A stretch of DNA of 64,000 bases. It comes from Hamiltosporidium tvaerminnensis FI-OER-3-3 (lineage: Eukaryota; Fungi; Microsporidia). Under the pieces are notes generated by a model. It was not told where the DNA came from, did no database searches, and saw only the letters and a program-made list of their open reading frames with translations. How positions within the stretch are numbered: the first letter of the stretch is position 1; each line of letters begins with the position of its first letter. Of the stretch, positions 1-11,558 are shown piece after piece. Location of the stretch: NCBI GenBank assembly GCA_022605425.2, contig CM061253.1, forward strand, positions 558,001 to 622,000, given 5' to 3'. The translations under genes were made by a program, and so were the position numbers.

Positions 1-65
1 GAAATATTAGTAAACTTCTTGCTGTATTATAAATCTTTTGTAAATCCAAATGGACAGGATCGTGA

Positions 66-1476
66 CTTAATGTATTTTTTACAGACTTTAATAATATAGG
101 ACACCCTCATGCGAAGAAAAGACATGATATAATCAAAAAAACATATGCTATTTCGGATATAAATAAAAATTTTAAAGAAGATGTAAACCAAAATATTCAA
201 AAGCCAATAAATTACTCTGATTTAGATAGTGCAGAAACGCATTCAAATGAAAAATATGATAAATTTGTGCAAATCTTCCAAAATCAAGAAAATCCCAAAA
301 CATTAAACTCTTTAAATAACAATAATTTTGGTATAAATAGAGACTATTTTCCCAGTCTTAACATAATTCCGAGTTCCCAAAAATATACTGAGAATGAAAA
401 TCATGATATTTTTCCGCCACAGTACTTTTCAAATACCTATCCTGGTGCTACGGAAGATAAGATAGATTTTTATCCAAATACTACTGAAAGTAATATGACA
501 AAATCAAAATATCCAGACAATAAAAGTTATATGCCCGGGGTTCATTCAAACATCTACAGATTTTCAAACACGGATGATAAAATAGACGATTCTGGTATTC
601 CGTATGTATTTGATCGAAATAATCTTGAAGTGAATGTTATGTTTAGAGAAGAAGGAGCCGATAGTCATTCGAATATAGGTTCTGAATACAAAAATCCAAA
701 TGTTTCTTATACAAATTATTTCAATATTTTGAGCGGTCTTGACTCAAATACAACCAAAAATACAAGTTCGAAACAAAATGCTAGAAATATGGAAATGTTG
801 ATACCAAAGGATCTTAATAATTTTTAAGAGAACATGCACTATGGAGAAAATACAGATAAAGCCATAAAAAAATTTGATATAGCTCATCAAAAAACACATT
901 TAGGTACACCAAATATGAGCGAATCAGAATATTTTACATATGGTAATCCAAATTATGGCGTAATAAAAGAACAAGGAGAAAATAATGATGCAGGAATAGT
1001 GGGTAATATTGAATCTGGCAACACACTGAATAGAAATCCTTATTATAATTCTTTATACCATGATATCAATTCTAATACAACCAAAGATAGTGAATCTACA
1101 AACCTATCAAACAATGCTATATTTCCAGTTCAAAATCCTAGCACGGATTCCAGAAATTTTCTACAGCAAAAAATGAAGTCCGTGCATAAGAAAAGCAAAT
1201 GAATTTAATAACGCAAAAAAACCAGGAATTAAATATGGAACAAATGAAACCGAAAGCCTAAACACTTTTAAAGGAAACGGAAGATACGATGAAAATAATA
1301 TATCCAAAGCAACTGATTATATGCCGTGGGATAGCCCCAGCTTAAATATATTAGAACAAAAAACCGAAGGAATAAATGCAAAAGATATAACCGTAAACAA
1401 TATTAATGATACTATTCGAATGCCTGGTTACAAAGGAAAATATGACAGGGGAACGAACGAAAAAAAAATTCTATGA
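66..1476 (+). pseudogene. Disrupted Asn/Ser-rich low-complexity protein gene, unknown function, 5' end probably outside window
   Basis: Frame is open from ~66 through ORF 267..827. ORF 834..1202 is in the same frame after a single TAA. Coding-like sequence (EFNNAKKPGIKYGTNETES...) continues in another frame from ~1170 to TGA ~1476. Internal repeat DSNTTKN / NSNTTKD. Confidence 0.55.
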
Positions 1477-2589
1477 ATAACCAACAAGAATCTTATCTCT
1501 ACGGATGGTCGTTACTTAAATGTCGGTTAATTTCAGATTCAGATCTAGAGACGATACAAAACCATAAAAAAAGGCGTTTATATCACCTTTGGAATAACAA
1601 TTCTGACTTAATTGCTTAAAATTGTTTTACTAGCAATAAATACAGTTTACATTAAATGGCCTCAATCTAACACTATTGATTAAATAATATTTGTAATTAT
1701 TATAAAAATGCTTTAATATATTTTTTAAAAATTACCAAATTCGGTAATTAATAATAATCCTTTTTAATTACTATTTTATGTTTGTCTTTTCCTTATTCAT
1801 TTCTAACTTTTAATACTTTTCAAATCGTATAAAAAATAAGTAGCGCTAGACAAAAAAATGTGTACTTGAAAGCCTTTGATAAGTGCATAGTTTGAATTAT
1901 AGTAGAAAGATAATCTAAAAATAATTTTAGAAAGTCGCTTTAAAATTTGCGTTTTGTTTTCTGTAAAAGCATTGATTCATCGAACTCTATATATTGATCT
2001 TTCATAGAGATTCAATAAAATATATGTTCAAGAAAACTAAAAAAACGAAGTAAATATTTTTCTCAAATATTATTATAATATGTTCATTCAAATAAGGCGA
2101 TCTAAATTATATATCCACAGCAAGTAAAATTTAGTGCAAATATAAAGATACAGCATTAAAAACCAGAAAATTCATAATAAAACAGCTTATACATAACTAA
2201 ACTTAAATTTCAACGTACAGCACTATCCTTTTCATCAACAATATATAATCATTATATACTTATAAGTAATTTAAAATAAGGTTTTTCAAAACCAGAAGAG
2301 AAATAGATAATTAAATGCCAACTTTATGGGTTTGAGAGCAGTAAAATTTAACTTTAAATGTCGAGAAGTACTCTTCTATGATTTAAAAAGGTCGAGTGTA
2401 CTAAACACGTATGTCTTTGTAAGAGGCTAAATACAAGCTTTTATCATGTTATGATAGCTATTACAAATAAAATTACAGCGCAACTAATAATTTTCGTATT
2501 AATATAACATGCATAATCGTTGATCGACCTAATGTAGGAGTATTGAACACAAAAAGTATATAAAGTAGCTGAAATAAATTTCTGTTTTT

Positions 2590-2830
2590 ACTTCATTCAT
2601 CCTCGGCACTACAGCCCTGCAGGAGCCTTGATCGCCTTCAGTAATACCGCCCATCTTTTTTCCAGTGTTTTGTTTACTTTTTCGGGTCTCGTAACAAGGT
2701 TGTTTTAAAGGGTGGATTGTTAGCCCTACGCCTAACCCCCAAACTTGGAAGACGAGTCACTTTTAGTCACCTCTTACACAAACAGAGAACATTACAAGCT
2801 AATTCTGCTCCCGGGTTGGTGGAAAACGGT
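2590..2830 (-). mobile_element. Bipartite non-autonomous RTE-derived element (RTE 5'UTR fused to RTE 3' end)
   Basis: Minus strand has the RTE 5'UTR motif GGGGGTTAGGCGTAGGGCTAACAATCCACCC, followed within ~100 nt by the RTE 3' motif AAGGCTCCTGCAGGGCTGTAGTGCCGAGGATGAATGAAG. This matches the AAGGGCTGTAGCGTC end of the RTE at ~48570-48600. Confidence 0.7.
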
Positions 2831-3431
2831 TTTATACTACTCAAAATTAATATCTGAGTCAGTATAAAGCATACAAAATTCGATTGTATATCAGCCATAA
2901 ATACTTTTATACAATTTTTTTGCTAAGCAACCAATAGATTTACAATAATATATTGTATATAACAAAATACCAAATTAAGTGGGGAAAAAAAATTGAGAAT
3001 TGTAAACTAGCAAAGCTTTTAAATTATTAAGTCAAAGCACATTCAAATTATTATGAAACAGAGATAGATAATAGAGATAGCAATTTGTAAAGATAAGGTC
3101 TATGACATATTAAGCAAGAATAAAACATTAGAGTAGACACACTCGCACAATGCTACATTATATGAAATTATTATATTAACAACTAGTTATAACTTGAAAG
3201 ATCTTATTTCCCCAAACAAGAAACAATATTTATACCGGTTTGCCGGTTTAAAAAAAGAGGAGTTAGTGAATCAAACAATGTACAAAGGAAAACAAATATA
3301 TTCTTGATATTTTTAAAACAAATACATACCAAAGAAAAAATTACGAACAATAATACGTGTTATTTATCTATTCGGCTTCTTAATTCAATGTGGTATGAGT
3401 ATCAGCTCCAATTAAGTATAAATTCATTAGC

Positions 3432-3531
3432 AAAATAATATATTTACGAGAATAGTGACTTATTTTGTCATATTGGAAATAAAAATAATATATTTACGAG
3501 AATAGTGACTTATTTTGTCATATTGGAAATA
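3432..3531. repeat. Exact 50-bp tandem duplication
   Basis: aaaataatatatttacgagaatagtgacttattttgtcatattggaaata at 3432-3481 and 3482-3531. Confidence 0.95.
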
Positions 3532-4321
3532 ATAATATATTATTTGCCAAAAAGCTAAGTAATTGAAGGGAAAGATATTATTCCAGACAGTCAAAAATTA
3601 ATTTAAAAACCATGTGCAAATTTCTTCTGATAAGGCCATATTTCAAAAAATATGAATTCTTAGCGTCTTTATCATATTTGAAAACCAATGTGAATTTGGA
3701 TATCAACCTAGCTGTAAATCAGTTTTTTAAATCAATCTTGAGAGATAATATTTGAAAGTTTAAACAAATTTCAGAATTAAAACAGATTAAATTATAAAAT
3801 ATCATATTCAGAACCTTTCCTTTATTTTGACAAAAAATTAAATTGCAAGATTTACTGGATTCAAATTATTTTATAAAGTCTTTTTATCAAATTTTTAAAT
3901 ATAGAAAAATTTAAAGGTTAAGAATATCCTGCAGGTGGTAATAGTGCCATTCACAAACGTATTATTTAAATTAAAGCTTTTTTTATATGAAAGAAGACAT
4001 ATTATGTCTCAAGATTTGTCCTAAAAATCCAAAACACGGGCCAAAATAGAACCAAGCATATATTAGAAAAAATCACGATTAATAATTACAGTCCTGTTTG
4101 CCTCTCAGTGTTAATTGTAAACAGAATGAATGCCAGTGTATTCTGTCACAGATCCATGTTCGTACATTTTATTGGTCTATTACTCTTTTCAAAAAGCTGG
4201 TTTTAAAGAGGCAACCATTTCAACACGCATAAGTTCTCTTTTTTTCCTGCCAAACTCTTACTTTTATACACATTTTTCATGGTCTGATTTACACGCTAGG
4301 TCATTTTTTTTGAGACAGTCT

Positions 4322-4500
4322 TGAATTTTTTTTTCATTTATTTCTTTCTATCCATTGGAATCCAGGATTATAGGGAATTTATCTATTGCAATCCTGATTA
4401 TATTTTATTCCGACCAAGGTAAAACCCAAAACGATAATTTCCCTATCAATTCCACATACTCATCGGCAAGCAGATAGTTTTTAATGTGGTTATCTTTCGT
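4322..4500 (-). mobile_element. Degenerate SINE-like family B copy
   Basis: Resembles 30900-31064, ending on + in ccacatactcatcggcaagcagatagtttttaatgtggttatc (shared head). Confidence 0.6.
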
Positions 4501-5429
4501 ACGCCTATAATTTATTATGTACAAATGGCAATCCAAAGCTTTATATTTCCATGCAAAAAGGGATTTCGAACTTAGAACAAATCATGAAATATAATTTGAA
4601 TGCTTTTTTTATGAATGTAACCACAATATATATAAATTAGCATATATACACGCCATAGGATAAAATCTTACCGATTCAAATTTAACATATTGTATTTTTT
4701 TAAAAATTGGCTAGGAGTTTACAAAAAACTTTCAATACAAAAAGTTAATTCAAAATTAAATAATCTTTTGAATTAGAATATGAGTGACAAAAGATAATTT
4801 ATCACAATAAGCAACTCACCTTAAATATAATAATTTTCTTGTATATAAAATATCAAATTAAATATCGAAAATTTAAAGCTTTTATTGAAATATAATTTTA
4901 AATCTAGAAAAGATTTCATCTAAAGTACATTTCTATTCAATAATACCATTAATAGTACAGGAAATATAAATTTATGATTAGGTGTATGCGATATAAAGGC
5001 TAGGAGATACCCCTGATGCAATTAAACAAAAGATGAAACTTAAAGGAACATCAAAGAATAAAGAATTCTAATGCGCTATAAGTTAAATAGATTGTTTTTA
5101 TAGTTAAATTCTCCAATTTTTCGGTTAGAAGGTAGAAATATTAGAAAGCTGAAAAAAAGCTAAACAATATAGAAAGAACAAACAAATAGTAAAAATTAAA
5201 CTATAATAGGAATTAAATTTGGTAAAGGTTATACCATTTAAGTTTTAAGAATTTGTTTTAATTAATGCGGAGTATTTAATTTGGAATTATTCTTGGTTTA
5301 TATTTTTTTAGATTCTTTTTATATAAAATAATTTGACTTGTGTAGTTTTGAAAATACCTAGTACTACCCCTTGCATATTTCTATTAAATATAAACATATA
5401 TATTTGAAAAAAATGAAAACTTCATTAAA

Positions 5430-6410
5430 AGTTATATAATGCAAAAAATGAGTTTGTGTGTGTTAGTGATTCTTTCAGAGGGCTAAAGAAAGGTAATATT
5501 AGGTTAGCTCATGAAGCTGTATTCTGCAATATCCAGGATAGAAGTGGATTATGGCGAGCAGAAGGTATGCACCAACACAGTAATAAGTCGGGATAAACAG
5601 TAAACATTTTAGCGACTCGATGTGAAAAAATGCTCCTATATAACCACACCAGACGACACGATGAAGTGGTTAGATACCCACACATTCTTTTTTTATTTAT
5701 ATAGATTTATCTAATTAAAACGAATTAGGTGTCACTCAGTTCAATAAATTTTGAAAACGAGTATGCCGAGATAAGAGTGAACACCATAATAAAAACCCAT
5801 GTTAACATTCGGAATAACAAACTTTATATATTTATTTTAAATAAGATAAAAATAGCAAAACACACATTTAAGTATAAATTACTTCTAAAAATCTACTTTA
5901 AAATTTTAAACTGAAAAACCGACGAAGTATGGCCTATGTTTAGTCGATGAATTGGGGATAGATTTAAAGGTTTGTGATAATCTCTCTTGTGATCGTATGG
6001 AATGGTATTAAGATCAAAACCATAAAATATATCTTTAAATACTACAAATACTCATCAATGTAGATGCCTACATTCAGCCGATAATGATCAAAAATCAGTT
6101 GAAGTAATTTACTTTGATCGATGAAGAAACCTCGGTCGGATTTAAAAACTGAAAAGTGTTGGAACCGAGTATACATTTGTGTTATTAAGCAGCCTAAGTG
6201 TACGAGAAACCAATACTCATTTAAACTAGGCTGGTTAGAAGGAAGATGGTGTTAAATGTGTCAGAACAAACAACATCGGGCCTTTTATTGAAGCTGCAGG
6301 AACCGAAGATAAAGATAAGCGAAATGGCGATTAGAAGTTGAATTTTAGAGGCTAAGTGTATACATTAAATAGGACAAAATACCTTTAGCTCGGAATTTAA
6401 ATAAAAAATA
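5430..6410 (+). mobile_element. Decayed 5'-truncated R4/Dong-like non-LTR retrotransposon
   Basis: Colinear with the minus copy at 58780-60268 (VSDS..KGNIR, LATRCEKM, ENEYAEIRVNTIIKTHVNIRNN). Many stops; ends in tttaaataaaaa. Confidence 0.85.
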
Positions 6411-6602
6411 ATGCTACAATCCCTATCTAAGATTTTCCATTAAATGTAAAACTATTTTACCCTATATTCTTAATAAACCATTACAAATACACCCATCCAT
6501 ATTTCTAGTTAAAAATAAAAAAAATATAAAACATTTTAACTTCCTAAACTTATTTAAATTTTTATCTTGCATTACATCATAAATGGCAAAAACTTTGAAC
6601 CC

Positions 6603-8432
6603 ATGATTACTAATGAGTCATCTACACATTACAAGACCTTTAAAGCAAAATTACTAACATTGAATGGTATCTTATCAAAAATATTACCATTAGATGTTTT
6701 AAATATGCATCCTTTCGACTATTTCACTGAATATACATTAAATATTTCGGACATTTTGGATTCTCTGATTATTAAAGCACAAAATGATTTAAAAAAATAC
6801 GAAACACAAAATTTAGAATTAAAGGAGGAAATAAATGAAATGAAAAAATATTTAGAAAAGGGAAATTTAAATGAATGTAGTAGTTCTATTGAGAGTAAAG
6901 AAGAATCAGAAAATATTTTTATTGCACAGGCATTTCTACAAAATGAAAAACAATCTTTATCTTTTGAGGTAGAAAAAGTGAAAAAAGAAATAAATTTCTT
7001 ACTTGAAAGCGTAATTTCATTAGAAACAGAATTGGGACGGCAGCCACATTTTAGGGATTTTGAATTAACAGTTACCGAAAATATTTTTCTGACTAGAGAT
7101 TTGTATTTAGAAAATAATTTTTCTTTTAAAGAAATAAAAATTTATGATTGTAAAAATTTATTAGAAAGAAAGGAAATTATAAAAATGAAAGAAAATTATA
7201 GTAATAAAAGTAATATTAATAATAAAGAAATAAATACATTTGAAATAATAAAAAATATTAATGAGAATAATAAGGAAACACCTGTTTATACCTTTCCCAT
7301 TAAGCCTTCACTTTCAACAATAAGATTTCTTAAAGACAGAATTGAAATTTTAAAAGACGAAAAAACAAGAAGAGAAAAAAATAAATATTCTTTAATTAAA
7401 GAAATACAAAAATATTTGTATATTTTGAATTGTAAACCAGAAGAAATAAACAATGAAGGCAAGAATACAGCTAATAAAGAATCAGATATTTCATTGTATA
7501 ATAATGAAAATAATTCTGAGCAAAATAATACGTTTGAAAAAAACAGTGACACAAATATTTATAACTCAGGTAAAAATTTTACTTCCGAAAAATATTCTAC
7601 CGACAAAAGCAGCGACAAAAATATTTGTAACTCATATAGAAATAATATCCTAGAAAATGATATAAGTGCTTCGAATTTTATTGCTTTAAATGATTTATGT
7701 TTTGAAAAAAATGATTTATTTTCTAAAAATATTTCTTTCTTAGAAAAATTAAAATATATTTTAGAAATAGAAATTGAAAATAGAAAAATTCTTATAAATA
7801 AAATTACAGAAGAAATTGAACACATACATGATAATTTAGAAGGGGTTTCTTACAAAAAAAAAGAAATTTTTAATTTAGAATGCATAAATATTAACTATAT
7901 TATGCAGATATCAGAATATCTAGATTTTTTAAAAAATGAACAATCTAGACTATTTAATCTTGTGTTTGATAAAATAAACAATGAATTGATAGAAGTATGG
8001 AATATATTTGGAATAAAAGAAAGAAAAATAGATAGAACCATCGAAGGATTAGAATTTATGAAAAAAGAATTAAAAAATTTGAATACAAAAAAAGAATCGT
8101 TTGTTAAAGTTTTAGATTTAATACATAAACGAAAAAACTTTGTAGAAAAAATGTTAACCTTTGAAAAAGTAGCCAGCGATCCAAAAAGACTTTTTAAAAG
8201 CAGTTTCCAACTTCTTAATGAAGAAAAATTTAGAAAAAGTGCGGTTCCAAATTTACTTAAAATTGAAGAAGAACTTAAAAGAGAATTAGAAGCCTTTGAA
8301 TCTAAATATGGAATATATGTTTATAACGGAAAAAATTATAAGAATTCACTTGAACAAGAAATAACAGACAGAATAATTAATAAATCTGTATTTATTAATA
8401 ATAAATGTGATACTCCAAGAAAAACCAGATAA
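6603..8432 (+). CDS. ASE1: Ase1/PRC1/MAP65-family spindle midzone microtubule-bundling protein
   Basis: Coiled-coil protein with C-terminal family motif FEKVASDPKRLFKSSFQLLNEEKFRK..PNLLKIEEEL..FESKYG..NG and a terminal TPRK CDK site. ATG at 6603 is preceded by CCC and is preferred over the TTG at 6567. Confidence 0.85.
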   Translation: MITNESSTHYKTFKAKLLTLNGILSKILPLDVLNMHPFDYFTEYTLNISDILDSLIIKAQNDLKKYETQNLELKEEINEMKKYLEKGNLNECSSSIESKEESENIFIAQAFLQNEKQSLSFEVEKVKKEINFLLESVISLETELGRQPHFRDFELTVTENIFLTRDLYLENNFSFKEIKIYDCKNLLERKEIIKMKENYSNKSNINNKEINTFEIIKNINENNKETPVYTFPIKPSLSTIRFLKDRIEILKDEKTRREKNKYSLIKEIQKYLYILNCKPEEINNEGKNTANKESDISLYNNENNSEQNNTFEKNSDTNIYNSGKNFTSEKYSTDKSSDKNICNSYRNNILENDISASNFIALNDLCFEKNDLFSKNISFLEKLKYILEIEIENRKILINKITEEIEHIHDNLEGVSYKKKEIFNLECININYIMQISEYLDFLKNEQSRLFNLVFDKINNELIEVWNIFGIKERKIDRTIEGLEFMKKELKNLNTKKESFVKVLDLIHKRKNFVEKMLTFEKVASDPKRLFKSSFQLLNEEKFRKSAVPNLLKIEEELKRELEAFESKYGIYVYNGKNYKNSLEQEITDRIINKSVFINNKCDTPRKTR

Positions 8433-8442
8433 ATGTAAAATC

Positions 8443-8557
8443 AAATTTAATTTCTAATAAATAAAAGTAAATTCTTAATTATTTATTAATTTCTAGATTT
8501 AAATTTAATTTCTAATAAATAAAAGTAAATTCTAATTATTTATTAATTTCTAGATTT
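8443..8557. repeat. ~58-bp near-perfect tandem duplication downstream of ASE1
   Basis: aaatttaatttctaataaataaaagtaaattc(t)taattatttattaatttctagattt occurs twice. Confidence 0.9.
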
Positions 8558-8574
8558 AATTTTTTTTTAGTTTT

Positions 8575-8900
8575 ACATTACTATAATTAACACCTTTATA
8601 GTCAATAAATAGCTACCAAGACACTCTTAGTAAATAGTATTGTTGCTAACACTCTCACTACTACTCTATAATTAACACCTCCTTCAATTACTACTACCAT
8701 ATACTTAACACCCCCTATATTACAGCTCTATAATTAACACCCCCTTACTACTACTACCATATAATTAACACCTCCTATATTACTACTCTATAATTAACAC
8801 CCCCTATATTACTACTCTATAATTAACACCTCTTATTAATACACACAGTTATTAACACCTTTACTACTAGTACCATATATTTAACACCCCTTTACTATAC
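8575..8900. repeat. Degenerate ~30-bp minisatellite (ctataattaacaccYYtatattactact)
   Basis: About ten ttaacacc-anchored units between the convergent gene ends. Confidence 0.85.
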
Positions 8901-10218
8901 CATTACACTTAACACTCTTTACCAATCTACCACTACTCTCCTTATTAAGACCCTCTATTTTCTTAATCCGTATAATAACAAAATTATCCCTTAAATTATT
9001 TTTATAATCCACAAAATCCATTAATGTCTTATTATCACTTAAAAAAGAATAAAAATACGGATTAAAACACGAAAATACAAACACAGTTTTCATTTCAAAT
9101 AATTTTTTAAAATTTATAAATTTATCATAAATTGATACACAAATCAAAATTCCTAAAATATTTTCTGTCTTTCTGTTGAAATCTGCCCTTTTTTTAAATA
9201 TTTGATAAATTAATTTTTTATTCAACAATTTTTTTAACTCAAAAACATCTTTTTCCTCATTTTTGTAAGTATCTGTATTATCTGTAGATTTGTGTGTATT
9301 GTAAATATTTTCGTAGTGCTTTTTATCCTTACCATACACCTCTCTATCCTTCCTATTCTCTTCTATATTCTTACTATACTCTTTACTATTATTAGTATTT
9401 CTAATATCCTTACGATTCTCGTCTCTATCCTTACCATTCTCTTTAATATCCTTCATATTCTCTTCTATATCCTTACCATACACCTCTCTATCCTTATTCT
9501 CTTCTATATCCTTACTATACTCTTTACTATCCTTACCATTCTCTTTAATATCCTTATTCTCTTCTATATCCTTACCATACACCTCTCTATCCTTACCATT
9601 CTCTTTAATATCCTTATTCTCTTTACCCCCCAAAAGAAGATCTGATAGTGAAATTCTAAAAAGATTATAAAAATTATTTTTTAAATAAAAATATGTTTTA
9701 AATTCAGGTATCGAAAAATTAAGATTAGAATTATAAAGAAATAGAACATCTTCTATATTTAAAGGGTATAGGAAATGTCTATAAAAATTGTAGGATCTAT
9801 TTTTTGGATAAAAATTTTTATTTATTAAAATATTTAGGGGTACAATCAGTATATCATCAGTATTATGTGTAATAGTATGTGTAACAGTATGTGTAATAGT
9901 ATCTATATTACAATTATTATGTGTAACAGTATCCATATTACAATTATTATGTGTAATAGTATCTATATTACAATTATTATGTGTAGTATTATGTGTAATA
10001 GTATCTATATTACAATTATTATGTGTAACAGTATCTATATTACAATTATTATGTGGATTTAAATTATTATCAAAATATTTATTCTTATCTTCTTCTAAAT
10101 TATTCAAAATATCTGTGCTCGTTTTGTGTCTAAATGGTATTTGGTTTTCTAAAATATAAAAATGTGTTTCTTTTTGAATGTAATTTTCGTTTATAAATTT
10201 ATTTATATTTTGTAACAT
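8881..10218 (-). CDS. Probable tRNA-splicing endonuclease non-catalytic subunit (Sen54-like) with two tandem-repeat insertions
   Basis: Without the repeats the protein reads LNIEDVLFL / EFKTYFYLKNNFYNLFR / YQIFKKRADFNRK..GILICVS. These resemble Sen54 blocks (L.PEEALYL; Y.VY.YLKRLGY.V.R; F.V.KP..F.K..F.ICV). CCCC lies just upstream of the ATG. Confidence 0.55.
   Translation of the reverse strand: MLQNINKFINENYIQKETHFYILENQIPFRHKTSTDILNNLEEDKNKYFDNNLNPHNNCNIDTVTHNNCNIDTITHNTTHNNCNIDTITHNNCNMDTVTHNNCNIDTITHTVTHTITHNTDDILIVPLNILINKNFYPKNRSYNFYRHFLYPLNIEDVLFLYNSNLNFSIPEFKTYFYLKNNFYNLFRISLSDLLLGGKENKDIKENGKDREVYGKDIEENKDIKENGKDSKEYSKDIEENKDREVYGKDIEENMKDIKENGKDRDENRKDIRNTNNSKEYSKNIEENRKDREVYGKDKKHYENIYNTHKSTDNTDTYKNEEKDVFELKKLLNKKLIYQIFKKRADFNRKTENILGILICVSIYDKFINFKKLFEMKTVFVFSCFNPYFYSFLSDNKTLMDFVDYKNNLRDNFVIIRIKKIEGLNKESSGRLVKSVKCNGIVKGC
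9320..9625. repeat. Coding tandem repeat encoding KDIEEN/KDREVYG/KDIKENG units
   Basis: 18-21 bp units such as atatccttaccattctcttta and atatccttattctcttct. Confidence 0.9.
9860..10055. repeat. Coding 30-bp tandem repeat encoding HNNCNIDT(I/V)T
   Basis: attatgtgtaa(t/c)agtatctatattacaatt repeated about 5 times plus shorter THT units. Confidence 0.92.
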
Positions 10219-10299
10219 AAACGGGGTATTTTTTATAAATAAATAGCGGTATTTTAAAAATATAAAAAGATAAATTAAATTAATCTCTTTATAAGAATT

Positions 10300-10470
10300 A
10301 TAGTAATTAATGTATTATAGTAATTATAGTAATTATAGAATTATAGAATTAGAAAATAGAAGAATAAAGAATAAAAGAATAGAAGAATAAAAGAATAAAG
10401 AGTAAAAGAATAAAAGAATTAGAAGAATAAAGAGTAAACAATTGTAGGAATGGGAAATAAAAAGAATAAA
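10300..10470. repeat. Low-complexity attatagta / aaagaat microsatellite
   Basis: Visible 7-9 bp units between the RBL stop and the Sen54-like start. Confidence 0.8.
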
Positions 10471-10541
10471 TGAATGTAGAAATAGGAAATATTAAGGAAT
10501 GTAATACACAGTATAGAAATATTAAATGGCAAGATAATATT

Positions 10542-11558
10542 TTATTGGCAAATTGATGGGTGGCTGGTGCAGAGAGATTCATTAGAAGAAATATTTGCGT
10601 AGAAAGATTGTGAGGGGTATGATGAGTGGTTGTGATGTGGTTGGTGAGAATGGGGTATTTCTTTATGGCTTAAATTGGTGTCTGGCTGTGTGTACGGAAG
10701 AGGAATATGTTTGGGTGGAGTGTATTGAGGAATGGCGTGGGTTGGAGGATAGTGTGTTGGCATTTCTGATTCATAGAAATATGTGTCTATGTGGTTAGCT
10801 TGGTTGTTTTTAGCGACTTCGGAAGCAATACTGTTATTTATTCTTATTAGATTATCGATATATGATTTTGATTGGAAAGGTTTATAGGTTTTTATTCCAT
10901 TGGTTTGAAAATTGTTGATAAATGAGGAATTGTGAGTTGAATCGGGGCTTTGTAGCTTATTTGTAGAAGATGAAACGTTTGTAGTGTAATAACTTTCATG
11001 TGTGTAATTTGAAGATTTTTTTGTATTTGTTACTTCTGAAATCGAATCAAAATATCTCTGAAAATTGAAAATTTGATTTTTATCTTTAGCATTACATTTA
11101 GCTGGTTTGACTTTATAAGTTTTAGTTTTTACATCTTCAGTAGAATCTACCGATAAACATTTCCGAAGCAACGGAAATATTTTACTTCGAAATTTCGATT
11201 TAATTAAAAATCCATCTTCTTTATGTACAATCTCCCAAGACTCTAGACCATGGTGTTTTTTACACGGTTTTATAGTTTCAGAGGTATCAAAATAACAAAT
11301 ATTTTTTTCATCTAAATTTATCAAATATGAATTATTTCCATTATTTATAAATTTAAATATTTCTTCTTTTACATTTGATGAATTGCTTTCTTTAAATAGT
11401 AAATCCTTTTTTTCTGACAAAAATAATCTTTTATTTACATGTTGGTAAGAAAAAACTACTAATTCGGTATCAGTAAATTCTTTCTTTATATTTTCTGAAA
11501 ATATACTTTCTAAAAATATAAATATTTGTACAAATATCATTTTATATGAAATACACAT
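10542..11558 (-). CDS. Secreted ricin-B-lectin-like (RBL) protein, paralogue 1
   Basis: Hydrophobic signal peptide; beta-trefoil-like motifs ICYF..IKPCK..W, RKCLSVD..AKCNAKDKNQIFNF; His/Pro/Ser-rich tail; ends SICQ. Confidence 0.8.
   Translation of the reverse strand: MCISYKMIFVQIFIFLESIFSENIKKEFTDTELVVFSYQHVNKRLFLSEKKDLLFKESNSSNVKEEIFKFINNGNNSYLINLDEKNICYFDTSETIKPCKKHHGLESWEIVHKEDGFLIKSKFRSKIFPLLRKCLSVDSTEDVKTKTYKVKPAKCNAKDKNQIFNFQRYFDSISEVTNTKKSSNYTHESYYTTNVSSSTNKLQSPDSTHNSSFINNFQTNGIKTYKPFQSKSYIDNLIRINNSIASEVAKNNQANHIDTYFYESEMPTHYPPTHAIPQYTPPKHIPLPYTQPDTNLSHKEIPHSHQPHHNHSSYPSQSFYANISSNESLCTSHPSICQ

Noticed and set aside
8575-8900. CRISPR-like appearance of spaced repeats
   Set aside because: Degenerate tandem minisatellite without unique spacers, eukaryotic context, no cas genes.
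9292-10062. Plus-strand ORFs 9292..9645 and 9865..10062
   Set aside because: Antisense shadows of coding repeats in the minus-strand gene. The same applies to the short ORFs overlapping ASE1, the RBLs, the LRR genes, MRT4 and the R4 ORF.
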